A stretch of 64,000 nt of DNA from Botryllus schlosseri (lineage: Eukaryota): contig CM119384.1 in NCBI GenBank assembly GCA_051294905.1, positions 4,588,001-4,652,000 on the forward strand, given 5' to 3'. Both the position numbers and the translations under genes were made by a program. How positions within the stretch are numbered: position 1 is the first letter of the stretch; every line of letters starts with the position of its first letter. The notes under the pieces are model-generated. The model saw only the letters and a program-made list of their open reading frames with translations, was not told the origin of the DNA and made no database searches. This document shows positions 1-13,700 of this stretch, piece by piece.

Positions 1-155
1 GGACATTTGGGCGTGCTCTGAAGACATTTTGGATTTTCTGAAAAACGAGGACAAATCCTCCTGAAGTAGGACGTATGTTCAGTGTTCACCCTACATAAAG
101 TTACTCCTTAAGGAGACTACAGTTCGTGAGTTTCTGGTCGCTTTGAACTTGCGTA

Positions 156-240
156 AGGAGCGTGGCCGAGTGGTCTGAGGCGCTGGTATTAAGCCCCTGT
201 CATATTGATGACGTGGGCTAGACGAATCATACCGTTGTTA
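156..240 (+). pseudogene. Degenerate tRNA-Leu-like sequence (pseudogene or SINE head)
   Basis: AGCGTGGCCGAGTGGTCTGAGGCGCTGG resembles a eukaryotic tRNA-Leu 5' half with an A box. It has a long variable-arm hairpin GTCAT-ATTG-ATGAC. The T-loop/B box is disrupted (GCTAGACGAATC). Confidence 0.6.
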
Positions 241-429
241 TTGTGTTCTGGAATTAATCACATAGAATTGAGTCGAGCTTTCGCCAACACTTTGACATTT
301 TGATTTTAGAAATACTGCTCAACTTCTAACGACGCATTTTACCCCCTTTTTTCCGCAATCGCATTGGTTTGAAATGTAACCTTATAAATGCCGTACTAAA
401 ACAGATGTTAATATATTAGCATTCCGCAG

Positions 430-3004
430 GAAAAAACCATCCTTGTCCGCTACATGAGCATTCTCAGCGCCTTTTGCTTCCTTTTGAGCGCGTTTGAAAT
501 GGTTTACCTCGCATTTAAAGGATACCTCGGCCACCGGAAACAAGCCGATAAAAGGTTGGTCTTGCCAGTTTCGGTCTCATTACGGTGGGAACTAAACAAG
601 CGAATTCTACGGAACAGTAGATTACAATCATGCTCTGCAATTCAGGGCGGTGCGAAGGCTGGACCGTAGAACACATCGCGGCGGCTCCAGCAACGCAAGC
701 CAATATAACCAGACAACCATGCGGTCTGTACCCGTCTACGTTTCCACAGGAAATGGACACGCACGTAAGCATATAGAAATTACAATGTGGACAAGCTTTA
801 TTATGGCAATCGATAAGATCGAACTTCTATATCGAATGGAACTTACTCTAATAGTTGTGAAAATCGTATCGTTTCGTTACTGTAGGCATGTAGGGGGTTG
901 AGTGTAATGCGAGTACTCACTCCGAATCGAATATTGTGATGATTTGAGTCGAATATTCTTGTACTGAAATCATCCACCCCCTTCTACTAAAAGTTATATA
1001 TAGGAATTATAGTTTCGATACTTGTCCTTCCGCGAAAGCCTTCAAACCTCAATTGGTCATATCACAGCATCCATATATTGCGCAAAATGTGAAGGAGTGA
1101 TTCACAAATCATGTTATAAAACTATTTCTAGTATGGTTCTCTCTATATGATTGACTAGCTGCAACTTAGTGCTATCTATGAAGCAATGGCCAAGCGTTTA
1201 AAATCCGAGACAAGCACGACAGTGCTTGAACCATAGTGTCCTATATGGTGTCGACACAGGCGAATCTCACGCCTCAGTGAAATTGCATCACGTCACAATT
1301 TCCATTTGGCTACAGGCAATTCGACGGTCATTTTGACCGGCTTGCCGAGGATTAAATTTGGTAAAACGGGTATCAATCGAAAGCTGACTCTGGACTGATT
1401 ACGAAAATATAAATTTTATTCCGCTCGTGGCCCTGGAACTCCCACAATCAGCCTCGAATTTTTCATTGTTATGGAGATTGGCATTGGGACGCAACAATGC
1501 TTAACAATGCTGTCTGGCTCTTCTTCTCTTGAGCTACTCTCTCGTTTCGCCAGACAGCATTGTTGCATCCCAATGCCAATCTCCATAACAATGAAAAATT
1601 CGAGGCTGATTGTGGGAGTTCCAGGGCCACGAGCGGAATAAAATTTATATTTTCGTAATCAGTGCAGAGTCAGCTTGCGATTGATACCTGTTTTACCAAA
1701 TTTAATGCTCGGCAAGCCGGTCAAAAATGACCGCCAAATTGCCTGTAGGCAAATGGAAATTGTGACGTGATACAATTTCACTGAGGTGTGAGATTTGCCT
1801 GTGTCGACACCATATAGGACACTATGCTTGAACTATACGTAAATAGATCGCTTGATTGATTCACTGTTGTTTAAATTTGAGGTACTTCCCCATCTGACGG
1901 ACGCCCAGGCGAGAGCCAGTCGAATATTACATTATCAAAGGGTCACCTTTACAGGCTATTGATTTTGTAAAATTCTCCAATACTGAGTTTTGCTGGAATG
2001 CCTCGGGTCAAGTTTGTAGAACTAGGGGGTTCGGGGTGTGGTATTTGAGACACGTATGAAACTAGGAATGCGGTCACGTAGGTTACAATCCTAAAGAATA
2101 TAAAAATGTATGTATGATGATCGAACGGCGAAGAAAAAAACGGAACAAGCAAACACCCTCCAACTCTTGAACTGTTGGGTGATACAACGGAACCTTTCGA
2201 GTATCCCATACCCTAATAATTGTAAAAAAAATATAAATTCAACTTTTTCTGCAATTTTTGTTAACATTAAGTTCAGCTTTCTCCCCATTTTTAGTTCAAC
2301 AAAAATTTGCCCGAGTTACCAGTTTACTGCTGTGGAATTTATGTATCGAAAATTATACATTGAAAGTGCCCTCGGAGGATGGCTAAATGTCCTATTGTTT
2401 TGGAATTTGTCCTCTTTTTCTCTGAAAAAGATATATAAATGCCATGAAAAATGCGACTCCGACGCGGCGAGTCAAAGTGATGACCTTTTTTTAGTCAACA
2501 CAATACTATCGGTCGAAAATTTTCAAAATCAACAGTTTCCTTGGACCTTTCAGAATGTATAAAAGGTGTCCCCTTTTTAGGATCTTAAAATATGGTAAAC
2601 CTATTTTAAAGGGTATATAGGAGTTTTGGGTAGTGGGGAATGAAGACTCGGAATAAATCTGAAGTGACGGGTGAATACAAAAAGGTTTGGAACCACTGCT
2701 GCATACTGACTCCGCATTATTGTATTTTGCAGCATACGACTCGCGCGACCTATACCCATCTTTGGCAGTAGCCGACCACGATGCTATGTCGTCTGTCACC
2801 GAACACGTGACGCGGGCGCCGGTCGCCTACAACGGCTCTCGAAACGGAGTCCATCCGTCTGTATCCAGAGTGCAGGCAATCGATAACGGCCAAGCCTTCG
2901 ACAAAATGACATATATATTGCCAGGGCATTCGTCGATGGATGTGATACACGGCGAAGTTGACGGCAGGCCGTATACGCCGAGCGTTCATCGCAACATGGA
3001 TTGA
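430..3004 (+). CDS. Connexin A (gap junction protein), 3' part: TM4 and C-terminal tail; 5' exons lie outside the window
   Basis: Exons join(430-554,646-764,2733-3004), all GT-AG and phase-consistent (2,1). Translation EKTILVRYMSILSAFCFLLSAFEMVYLAFKGYLGHRKQADKR-AVRRLDRRTHRGGSSNASQY...RNMD*. EKT plus the hydrophobic helix matches connexin (SRPx)EK-TM4. Exon lengths 125 and 119 nt are identical to exons 8 and 9 of connexin B. Confidence 0.9.
1232..1826. mobile_element. Palindromic MITE with about 270-bp TIRs and a 7-bp TSD (possibly P superfamily)
   Basis: CATAGTGTCCTATATGGTGTCGACAC...GTGTCGACACCATATAGGACACTATG, with near-perfect arms at about 1232-1500 and 1558-1826. Flanked by CTTGAAC at 1225-1231 and 1827-1833. 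The superfamily call is an inference. Confidence 0.85.
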
Positions 3005-5669
3005 TTGCGACATCTCCATTCCTATGCACTTTTCGAAGCATTCCTAATTGCCAATTCATTGTCGATCGCAGACAAGATAAGCCCGTTGACGTAAATATAA
3101 ATACTAGCGCTCATCAAAATTGATACTGTTTGGAAGAAAGTGATTCAAAATTAATGTAATGTACATTGTTCAAAATCAGTAAGCGCCCGTCGTGGATGTT
3201 TGAATTTACAATTTGCAATTACTGGATGAATCATGAGCGCGTCGATAACGCGTCAAAATCTATTAGATATCAAAAGTATCGAAATGTTTATGGTCTTGAC
3301 TGTTGTCGTAACACAGTAAATCATACGGTTTTATACATTGTCGCGATGGAATCAAAGTAGTTTATGTCCATTTTTAAAATTTGGTGATCCATCTTTCAAT
3401 TTATAGAAAATAAAGTTTTTGTAGAATTTTCATTTTTCGGCCATATCTTAGCCATGTTTATGTTTATCACATCGATTCAAAGTTAGTCATGCCCGAGGTA
3501 TGGCCGAAAGAACAGGAAAACTTTACATAAAGTTAATTTTCTCAAAATGTGTAAAATGGATATAATCTACTTTGATTTGATCCACGATATGTGGTTTACC
3601 GACAGTTTTCTTTATGAATCGGTCTAAACCAGTACTTCCCTACCTTTTTCATTTCGCGACCCACTTTTTCAGCCAGTTTTATAGTGCGACCCGCAAAGAA
3701 GCAATGTATTGTATGCACATGCACATGTTATTTACTATTAATTCGAAGGTTGACCTTGCTTATAAGATATTATCACATCAAGTCTAGTCTTGATTGGCTT
3801 GATTTTTCTACTAGGAAATATTGAGAAGTACCTGCATTTGAGGCACATCTTTTCTACCAACCGCAACATGTTTAAGATCGTCACTAGACCTATGAAAACG
3901 CTATCATATCAATTAGAAGATTGCTGACATTCCATAACAGCCAAAAGCCGCCGTCGATGACTTATTTAATAGAAATCTGTAACATTTGGAAATGTTGGGA
4001 AGCACTGGTCTAAACTGCTTAGCACATTGGAACGGCGCCAATTGAAGTACTCAAAATTACTTTAACTCAATATATACACACGGGATGTTTTGAAATATTT
4101 CAAGTTTATTTCCGATTGCCAATACTGTGCCATTTACTTTTTTGCCTATAGCCCGTTACTTCTGACTTTGCCTAATCGTAGCCAAAAGCCTTCACATCTC
4201 ATGCTGTGATTTGTATTGCATACAATATCAGTCAATGGAATACCTTTACTCATCGCAGCAGGTTTTCTGAATTCAAATGCGGCTGCCTATAGTAATGCCT
4301 AAACCCGTTCGCGATGCAACACACACGTTGATAAATAATTACTCATCATGTAACTACTAATTGAAAATTGTGGGCTCGAACTACTAAATAATTTCAAAAA
4401 TCTGTGAAAACAAGGAATACGCGCAGCCTTGCTGACACTGAGTGGACGTTTATTTCATAAAAAAAACGAGGCAGCACAAGAAAAGGTCCGTTATGATGAC
4501 CCATATAGTAGCGCATGCAACTCATACGTTCAAAAGGTCACAGCAACGTTTGGCAATCCCCAACTTGGTTGAGCTGTGTATCAATGCAAATAAATCCAGC
4601 AAATGGAATGTCACGAATCCACTGATACATCGCAAACTCAAAATTGGACACAGATGACACTTTACCTTATCATCGGCTACTTATGTATTGTTGATCTACT
4701 TTTTACAAATATTTCATATTGTGTTCTATCTCGACGAATGATATTACCGCTATTGAATTTGTTGTTTTCAATATTTTTCATTCCCGCTTATTCAGTTTAT
4801 AACAACGAGTCGCGAGCTAACAATAAAATACACATGACCACAGGCGAGAAATAATGGGGTCGATGTGGTCTGAAGTACACTAAGGTTCCGGACTAGAAAT
4901 ACAATCCCAAACAAAAGCACCTTGTTGGCTGCGGTACAAACTTCTGAGTCGTTTCATAGTGGGTGAGATACGACTTCGCTGTATTATTAATTGTGGTTTT
5001 CCTGTATTCATAAGGATTAATAAGTGTATGCATTAGCGATAGATTTGGCCCTCACAAATTCGCAGTCTTCATCCACTACCACTATAATATTAACCAAATT
5101 ATCCTTGCCTATTCAACCGAGAAAACCGAAATACACCGACAGAGTTACACACTCGCAATCTTTTATGTTATGCAGGTAGCCTACATTGGGTATTGCTTCA
5201 AATAAAGTTATACCGCCACCGTTACGATGTCTCAAGTCTTTGGCAGAGGAAATATCCGAAGGGCCGTCAAAACCAACTGTCTGGTAGATGATGTATTTCC
5301 AGTAAAGAGCGCGATAACTACGATAAAAAATCTCTGTGATCTGCCGCAAGAGACAAAATCAAAAAGAATCGCGTAGTGTTTTATATACTGAAAAATATAG
5401 ACTCATGCCCTGGCATTGGCGGAGCATGATCGAAGAGTACTGGAAGTTTAATCACGTAATCAGTAATCAGTTGTAAGTATAGAACTCGTCCGATGTAGAA
5501 TTATTGAGCTGATACCGATAAAGCCGATAGCTCGCACCGTCACCGATAACCGCGATATATTTTAAGGCATCTGGCTTTCCAAAACTTTAGAACATTTATT
5601 CGGACAGCTTTACTGTCATTGTTATTCTTGGAGATGAAACTAGAAAGGCTGCATCTGGACACCAGTAAG

Positions 5670-5923
5670 CAGAGGTGGTTAGGAACGGAAGTACTTTCTC
5701 AGAACCTCTCAAATAGGTTTGCTTTCTTACACTAGTTATTCAAGTCGGCCAAGGGGTTATGATTGTAGACTAATTCTACTGATTCTAACAATTTTAGGCA
5801 AAATAAGCCTGGAATACTTGCTTTTTCATATATTTTGAAAGCGCTACTTCTACTTGTACTTGAGTAGAAATTTACGACTTTACTTCTACTTGAGCAGCAA
5901 CGATGACTACTTTGATAGATCTG
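5670..5923. mobile_element. hAT-type MITE (CAGAGGT termini, TACTT(C)TACTT subterminal repeats)
   Basis: 8-bp TSD CCAGTAAG/CCTGTAAG (1 mismatch); homologous to 47481-47746. Confidence 0.75.
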
Positions 5924-8900
5924 CCTGTAAGCTATAAGAAATATTGTATATCAAAATTCGCAGTCTAACCGTCGCAGAAATTCTATAACTCGCTATAACC
6001 ATGCTGCAACGTCACGAAAATTGCCGATATTTTTTTTCCTCAAATGGCCGGTGCTGATATTCCTTTCAAAGTGTGATATCGAGTCGATGCTATCGGTCGG
6101 GCGATAGTTGTTCAGTTCTATTTGTTTAGTTAGCGATGAAATTGACTCGCCATCCTATAATCAAGTACGGCCGTGAAAGCCAACGTATTACAAGGACGGC
6201 TCTGCAAAAATGTCGTCCGCATATTCGTAATAAAACTGTTACCAGGTCGTTTAGGCGTCTGTGACTAATAGTAGCGCTATCGAGGAGCAAAATTGAAGCT
6301 CTCCTTCCACAATGTTATCCTGCATATTGGTATCTCGTACCCAAGTATACTTACTGGAAAATTTACTCTGGGTCGGCCGACCATTTTCGGTTATTCGAAG
6401 GGCCAGGGCTCGGCAGGCTGCATCAGCCATATAGGCTACTTATGATACTGGTATGGTAAACCTCGTGCATGTTTCAGACGACTGGTTTTAATCCTGTTTT
6501 CATCCTACTGTACGAAGTATTTGATCTTATATTCTATAGAAGTCCCGGATACCTTCAGAGGTGATCAGATTCCCCATGAATAGTTGCATACGGAAAGACT
6601 GTCAGTCAAAACCCTATCCGAGCTGTCCCGAGCAGTTTTTGATATGAAAAATGCGTAAAACTGGCCCGCAATATGGGTACCTATATGTGTAGGCCTATCA
6701 TACAATATACTACATACTATACATATTCAACATCAAATTATTATGATGCACGAGGGCGGGGTTAAGTAGAACTGTATGACGGGAAGAGATTCCTGGATTT
6801 CGAAGCTATGCCCTGTTCTCGGTTATTTGGGTTTACTCGAAATGAAAAATGCAATTCCATTCATCTACTTGTTGTACCTTTAAATAATTATGTGATTGCT
6901 AGTTCATGCCTTGCATTAGTCATATACTCCCGTGCTCTGAATCCGCATGCTTCCGTTTTCCTATTAAAATAGTTCTGTTTATTATTAAAAATCTGTAAGT
7001 ATAGGCCTATAACTTGCCGCCGAAGTAAAGTGAAACGGTTGTAGATATTGTAAATATATTCTGATATTATAGCCTGCCTACTTATCATTTTTACTTTTGA
7101 AATGTCCACAACAACAGGCGTTCAACAATAAAAATTAGCTATGGAATAAAATAGATCGGCTATAAGACTCAAATAAAATCTTAGCCCGGACAGGGATAGT
7201 ATTTCTATATTGCAGTCACCCACCTAAATAGGTTTATGCGACTAAACATATGTATTTATTGTTATGTGAATGTACAAAACATGCATTGTATTGCGACATA
7301 TGCATAAGAGATGGCGTGTATTGTATAATATCCGTGATGTGACGTCATCCTGTCCACTGATCACGCGCACGGATGCAGCACATTTTCTGACGCAATACGA
7401 TTCATGAAACTTCGTATTAATTTTCACGAGTATCGTGCCAACGGTTATTTACGCTTGCACGAGGTGCAGTCAAGAAGGTTCACTGATTCAAGTTTGATAT
7501 GCTGCGCCAGTATGTTTCTCGATTGTGCTACGTAATAGTGACGTAATCAATAAGTCATCCGATAAGCTGCTTGATCATGATTTTTCACCAACCTGCCTTC
7601 ACTAAGCGGACTCTGCATGTCAGGAATTCAAATGCATGGGGAGTGGGAGTGTGATTGTCATCAGTAAGAACTAGAGAAACATTTACAAATATTGACTATA
7701 TTTGTACTGACTAGAAAGTGTGACGATTGTAACGTACTGACTCAATAACTGGATATCGAGATCTCGGCTGAGCTGCAGTTTGGTTACCAATGTATCCATT
7801 GAAGATCACACAGCCCATGATTAACATGGCCCTAGATAATTTGTTGCGACGTCACTGAGCAATCATAGCCGTGTAATATGGCTTGTTTCACGCGGTAGAG
7901 AGGAAATTACGACAAGTGATTGATTTAGTTGTCAAATGAGCATGAGCATGCTTTGGCTTGTCCGATATTATGACAGGTGTTGATGTTCATTGTTCAGGCG
8001 ACACCTCCGCTGATGTTAGCACTTGTTTGGACATAGCAGTAACATAACTATTTGTTTATTGATGTTTTGCTGCAGTCCATTGTCCTCAACTTTATCAAGC
8101 ATTAAGGTTGCTTAATTGGGTGGTAGTAATAAAAGCTGGGGGCTATGTAATAATAGATTCCTTGGCACAATTCGGTAGTAGGTCTACGTCTTCAATGGGT
8201 AATGGTCAGGATCCAATGTGAGCAAAGTTGAACAAATATAAGAGTAAAGCAGTCAACAAACTTACAGTGAAACGAAAACTTTGAGGTTTCAAATTACTTC
8301 AGTCGCCTACAAAGATGATACCAATTGTCTGTATAGAGTACATTGCACAATTTTATTCGGAAGTATGCAGGCTTATGACCAAATCTCGATTAGATCCACG
8401 GATGTAAAACAAGCTTACTGAATTTCCACTCAACGCAACGATAAAGAATGCAATTGTTGGACTAAGACGAACACATCAAATTGCTCTTGTTGCTCGCAAT
8501 GACCACAGCAGTTTCATTGCAACCGATTCGATTTTATGAATCAAATATTCGCTCAATATGACTCAACTAGCAAACCCGGAGAATGAGAATGTGCACTGTG
8601 CAGTGTGCACTAGTGCCGGTTTCATAAGCATCACGCTATATTTCATCAAAGAAAGCTATTAGCTCGGTTTCGATGTTGGCGATATCACATACCTTTACCG
8701 CCACTAGAACCATTTTATCTTGAGACTATAATCTTCCGAGACGCAAATTGAACACGCTAGAAAAGTCACACAAAATAGTAATTGAAGATGCGATCGGTTG
8801 AATATATAAATAAAAGTCGTGGATACGTTCCACTACGGAAAGCGCAAGAATGAACAGAGGAAACGAATTAGGAGTCTAGAAGTCTTGGAGCGAATTGTCG

Positions 8901-9951
8901 CCCTCCCTCTGCCTTGTTTTGAAGCTCACATCATACAAGATACGTTGAGTGGTAGAGCTTTTGGTGAACGATACCTTTACTGACTATGAGTATAATTACT
9001 CGAGTAAATTTGCTGGTCAATGACATGCGATATCCAATAAAATGATCATCTTTTAAAATTCAAACCGCGATCGAAATCTTAAACATGGTCAGAATGATCA
9101 ATTGGAATACTGAACTCATATGTTTAGCCGGTTGTCACAGAGAATAGAATAAGTTTTATTGATTCAGGATATCAGTAAGGAGTGCAAATGAATGAATTTA
9201 ACATTTCCCGAATACAAATGCAGAATGTGCTTGATATCAAGTCCAAATCAACCAATGAGGGCAGCAATTTTGAGATGCGACATCATTCAAAATAATTCTA
9301 TTATTCCTGGATTATCAAACTTTCAAATCGGCATGCATGGTAGTCATGCACTACCTCAAAGTACAGTCATAATGGCTGTCGTTGTGTTACTAATGAGTAG
9401 ACCGACAATATGAAGAAGAAAGGAAGAATATCGCAGCTTAGTTACAAATTTGTATCACGCACATATACCAGCTCGTGACTGGGCGGTCAGAAAGATATTG
9501 ATAAGGCTGTTTCTGTCGCTGAGCTCATAACAGATTGCATTTATTATTATCGGTATGGACGCGAGTTTGTTAGGAACAAAGGAGCTCAGGAATGCAGGAG
9601 TTTGAATCGATAAGCAAAGAAGAAGTTGCATACCATCAATTTTATTCCGTTAATCGCGCATACCTGCCTCGTGAGAACAATAATCAAGTCGAGATCAACT
9701 TACTAACGTCATTATTTCGACAGGGATAACAGAGTTTGTATGGTTTGATAATCATATTGTTATCCAGACTGAGACAAGCTGTATAATTGAATATATTGAG
9801 TTTTTTGTTCGGATTAAATTAACTAAATAGGCAGGAAATTGCGCGGACAAAATCTCAAAAAAGAAGACATTTGGGCGTCCTACGAGGACACTTTCAAAAA
9901 AAGCAAAAAAAGAGGACGAATCCTCTTAAAAGAGGACGTATGGTAACCCTA

Positions 9952-10215
9952 GATTAGAATTTGAGTCACAGAATTCGCAAAAAGAAATGCAACGCAAATC
10001 AAGTATAGTTCAGTTCATATCACATTATACCATAATTCATTCTCAGGAAAGGCAGAAAGTAGATTAGAATTTAAATTAGAGCAAAGAAACGTTTAGCGAA
10101 TTAGATTAGAATTAAAGCACGGAAACATTTCACAAATTAGAGCAGAATTGTATTACATATACATTTCGCTCTGATATGTTTAGTTAAACTACTAGAATTG
10201 TCTAGTTGTCCAAGT
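9952..10215. repeat. Dispersed repeat with (GA)ATTAGATTAGAATT motifs
   Basis: Similar blocks ending in (CCAA/AGA)GTCTG occur at about 24580-24865 and 38390-38490. Boundaries and class are unresolved. Confidence 0.5.
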
Positions 10216-10780
10216 CTGGTTGTTGCTTTATGCACTCGAGTCACGATTTGTCTGAAAATATCATCTGCCGATTTCGAAATCGTATTCAAGATGTCAAACT
10301 GCTCTCTTTTTCCGCGAAGTGGAAACCAATGTTTCTTCAATCAGTAAGGACCATGCGAGCGACGTAATACACATTTGTTAAAGCAAGCAAGCCAGCCGTA
10401 TGTGCTGGCCCTTATCTTTCGTTTCGAATGGAGTAGGCCTAGATGCGAGACACGAGACGTGCTATTACGGAGGTCGCAAACCACTGCAGAAGAGATATAG
10501 TTTCAAAAATATTATATGAATCCGTTACATGACCGGAGATGCGATATGAGATCAGAATGATTCAGTAGAGAATTGGTATTATTGATCTTCTTACCTGCTT
10601 CCTGCTTTTCGATATGTTCCTACTGGTTTCGGCACGCCGAAATTACGCTTGTAAGCAATACAGACGTTTAAATGTTAATTTCAACTTTTCTAGCGCATTA
10701 ACTAAGAAGAAGCGGAAAGTTCTTCAGGCAAAACAAATCTACTTTCGTTACTTATACCTGCACAGCCAACATTTCATAAA

Positions 10781-13700
10781 ATGTGGGATTTACTATCACA
10801 ATTCAAGGACCAGGTAAAAGGCTTTGTGGTACGGCATTCAGTGTTAGCATATACCGCGAGATGGTGCAAAAGATCTTCACGATAGCATGGTTATTGATAA
10901 TAATAATGATAATAATAACGAATAAGACTAACGCATCCAACGCCCTTCCACGTGATGACATGTCCCATCGTCTAGGGAGATAGAATTGGGTTATAATATG
11001 TGATATATACGAGTATAAATGTATTACTGTTGGTACATAAAATAGATGTACACTAGAGTTGTTCAGAATTAACCGACTTTCAAAAAGTAACGTTTTTCCG
11101 TCCGTTTCCCATGCCTTAGGCCTTAAAAAAATATTCTAGTTACTTTTTTCTGTAATTCCTCCCTTGCATCTGTGTGCATTAGGGCTCTTCGAAAATGACT
11201 TTTTTTTTCAAACCGTACTGGCTACTTGATAAAATTGTTAGGTTACCTAATTTAAGCCTACACACCAAATTTGGTTCAATTCCATCCAGTAGCCGTATTG
11301 CTACAGGAGACGAAAGTTTCTATTTATTATCTAAAAATAAATAACAAAAAATTTGAAAATTTTCTGTTCACCCCATAAAAGTGTTAGGTTGTCTATAGAC
11401 ACGATGTTCACCAAATTTGGTTCAATTTCAACCAGTGGTGGCAGCGGAGTTATTGCCATCAAAAAATTTGGATTATGAATAAAATAGTATTTACAGTGAC
11501 CTTCACGTTCATGGGGTGAACAGAAAATTTTCAAATTTTTTGTTATTTATTTTTATATAATAAATAGAAACTTTCTTCGCCTGTAGCAATGCGGCTACTG
11601 GTTGGAATTGAACCAAATTTGGAGTCTAGGCTTAAATTAGGTAACCTAACAATTTTATCAAGTAGCCAGTACGATTTGAGAAAAAAGTCATTTTTGAAGA
11701 GCCCTAATGTGCATGTTGAGCTGGAAGAACATCGGCTTTAAATGGGAGATTTTCCTCAAATTAGAGTGTAGCGATTTTAGTTAACCTAATAAATTGCCAT
11801 ATATGTCAAGTTTTAAGCAGCTGTTGTGGGTTGGGGCGATGCAAAACTTCCCTGTACATATTTTTCCGAGTTCAAGACACCATTTTCATATTGCATACTG
11901 CCTTGGAAATCCTCAAGCTTACCTAAAACTGAACATCATTTTGCATGATTTACAATGTAAAAGAATACAACTGTAAATGCACCATCCAATCGCCCAGCGA
12001 CATCTTAAATATCTTATTATTCAATGAAACGTAAGAAAAAAAACGGGAAATGGATTACAAAGCGAAACAACATAACAAGGAAATGGATTAATTTGACGAA
12101 AATCCAATACCAAACAGATCGATGGGTTAAGTTTTCGAAATTTTGAACTCTTTGCCGGAGATCTTCCACGGCTTGTGAGAGACAGGCTTGCTGTTTTCTG
12201 TTCTTTGGCATATACATGTATAGCGTACATAGCGTGGTCGGTATTTAATTTTATCATACATTCTGCTGGACTTTAAGTACTGCACCATTATTCACGAATT
12301 CCCGAGCACTCATGAAATGCGGATACCTATGCCATTCTGAAACTTGAAGACTCGTCCAATGGTGATTTACCACCATACTATCAGTGAAAACGAAGAAGCC
12401 GAGTCAAGCAAATCAACGATAAAAAACCTGGCATCGATCTCTCTCGTTTATTTCGTTTGCAGTGGCTTTCAGAGTAATAAATTTAGATGGATGATCGGGT
12501 AAATATTGTGTAACTACAAAATCGCTGCCATGGGGAGAATCAGGTGCTTGTGCAGATATAGAAGAGTTCTCTGTATGTTGACTTGGCCACTTGCTGCTGC
12601 GGTGCATCTCTAGCAGCTCAGTCATATTCTAGTTGACCGAGTTTAACTAACAATTCATCCTCTTTGGCACCAATCGTTCCTAATCTGGGACCCCGATCAT
12701 GGTAACATGCTATGCCTTCAAATTTCTTTATCATCTGCAAAAAGGCTGTTTGCTTCAACTGTCCCAGATCAAATATATGTGGCAACATCACAAAGTGACT
12801 TTATAGCTGTACTGCGTAAGCTATGCGATATGGGAAAAGAAACCCTGAAGCTATTTCGAAAATTGATGCAAAAATGCTAATTTGAGACGATTAAAGATCT
12901 ATAAGACATAACCTCCTACCTTGGTTAGGGAGGTCCCAGATAAGGAACGATTGGCAGCAAAGATAAAGTGTTGAAAGTTGAAATGAGACAACAAGAATAA
13001 GACTGAACATAACTAGAAGGCGACCTGCAGCAGCATGGAGTAACGAAGGTAAACTTACAGCTAGAGCACATCTATATCTTACTCACAGGCAGCTGACACC
13101 CACCATAACATGGATTCCGATCCGATCTGATCATTCATCTACATTTGTGACTCTGAAAGCTCATGTAAACCTATTCAATGACAGAGACATATGTCATGTT
13201 TTTAATTGGGTATTTGATTGGGACAGAATCGTGGTTCATATTGATGCTATAGCTGTGGAAGACCGTCTTCCAGTGTCAGAATGGCATAGTGATCCGCGTT
13301 TCATGAGTGTTCGAGAATTCGTGAATATAGTCGTCAAGAACTGAACGATACAGCAGCGCATATGATGAAAATAAATACCGACTATACGTAGGCTACATAC
13401 CTGGCGACAGAAAACACAAGCCAGCCTCTTACAACCCGTGAAAGATCTATGGCAAAGATTTCAAAATTTCGAAAAATCAATCCATTCATCAGATGATTGG
13501 TATTGGATTTTTGTCAAATTAATCCATTTGGATGGTGTATTCACGGTTATATTCTTTTACATGGTGAATCGTGCAAAATGATGCTCAGTTTTAGCAGGGT
13601 TGTAATGACTCGAGTCATGACTCGACTCGAGTCAGACTCGAGTCACGATTTTTTTATGACTCGACTTGACTCGAGTCATTTTCTTAAAATGGTAAAATGA

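Noticed and set aside
2110-2562. 150-aa ORF
   Set aside because: AT-rich intronic sequence of connexin A with no domain similarity and no splice support.
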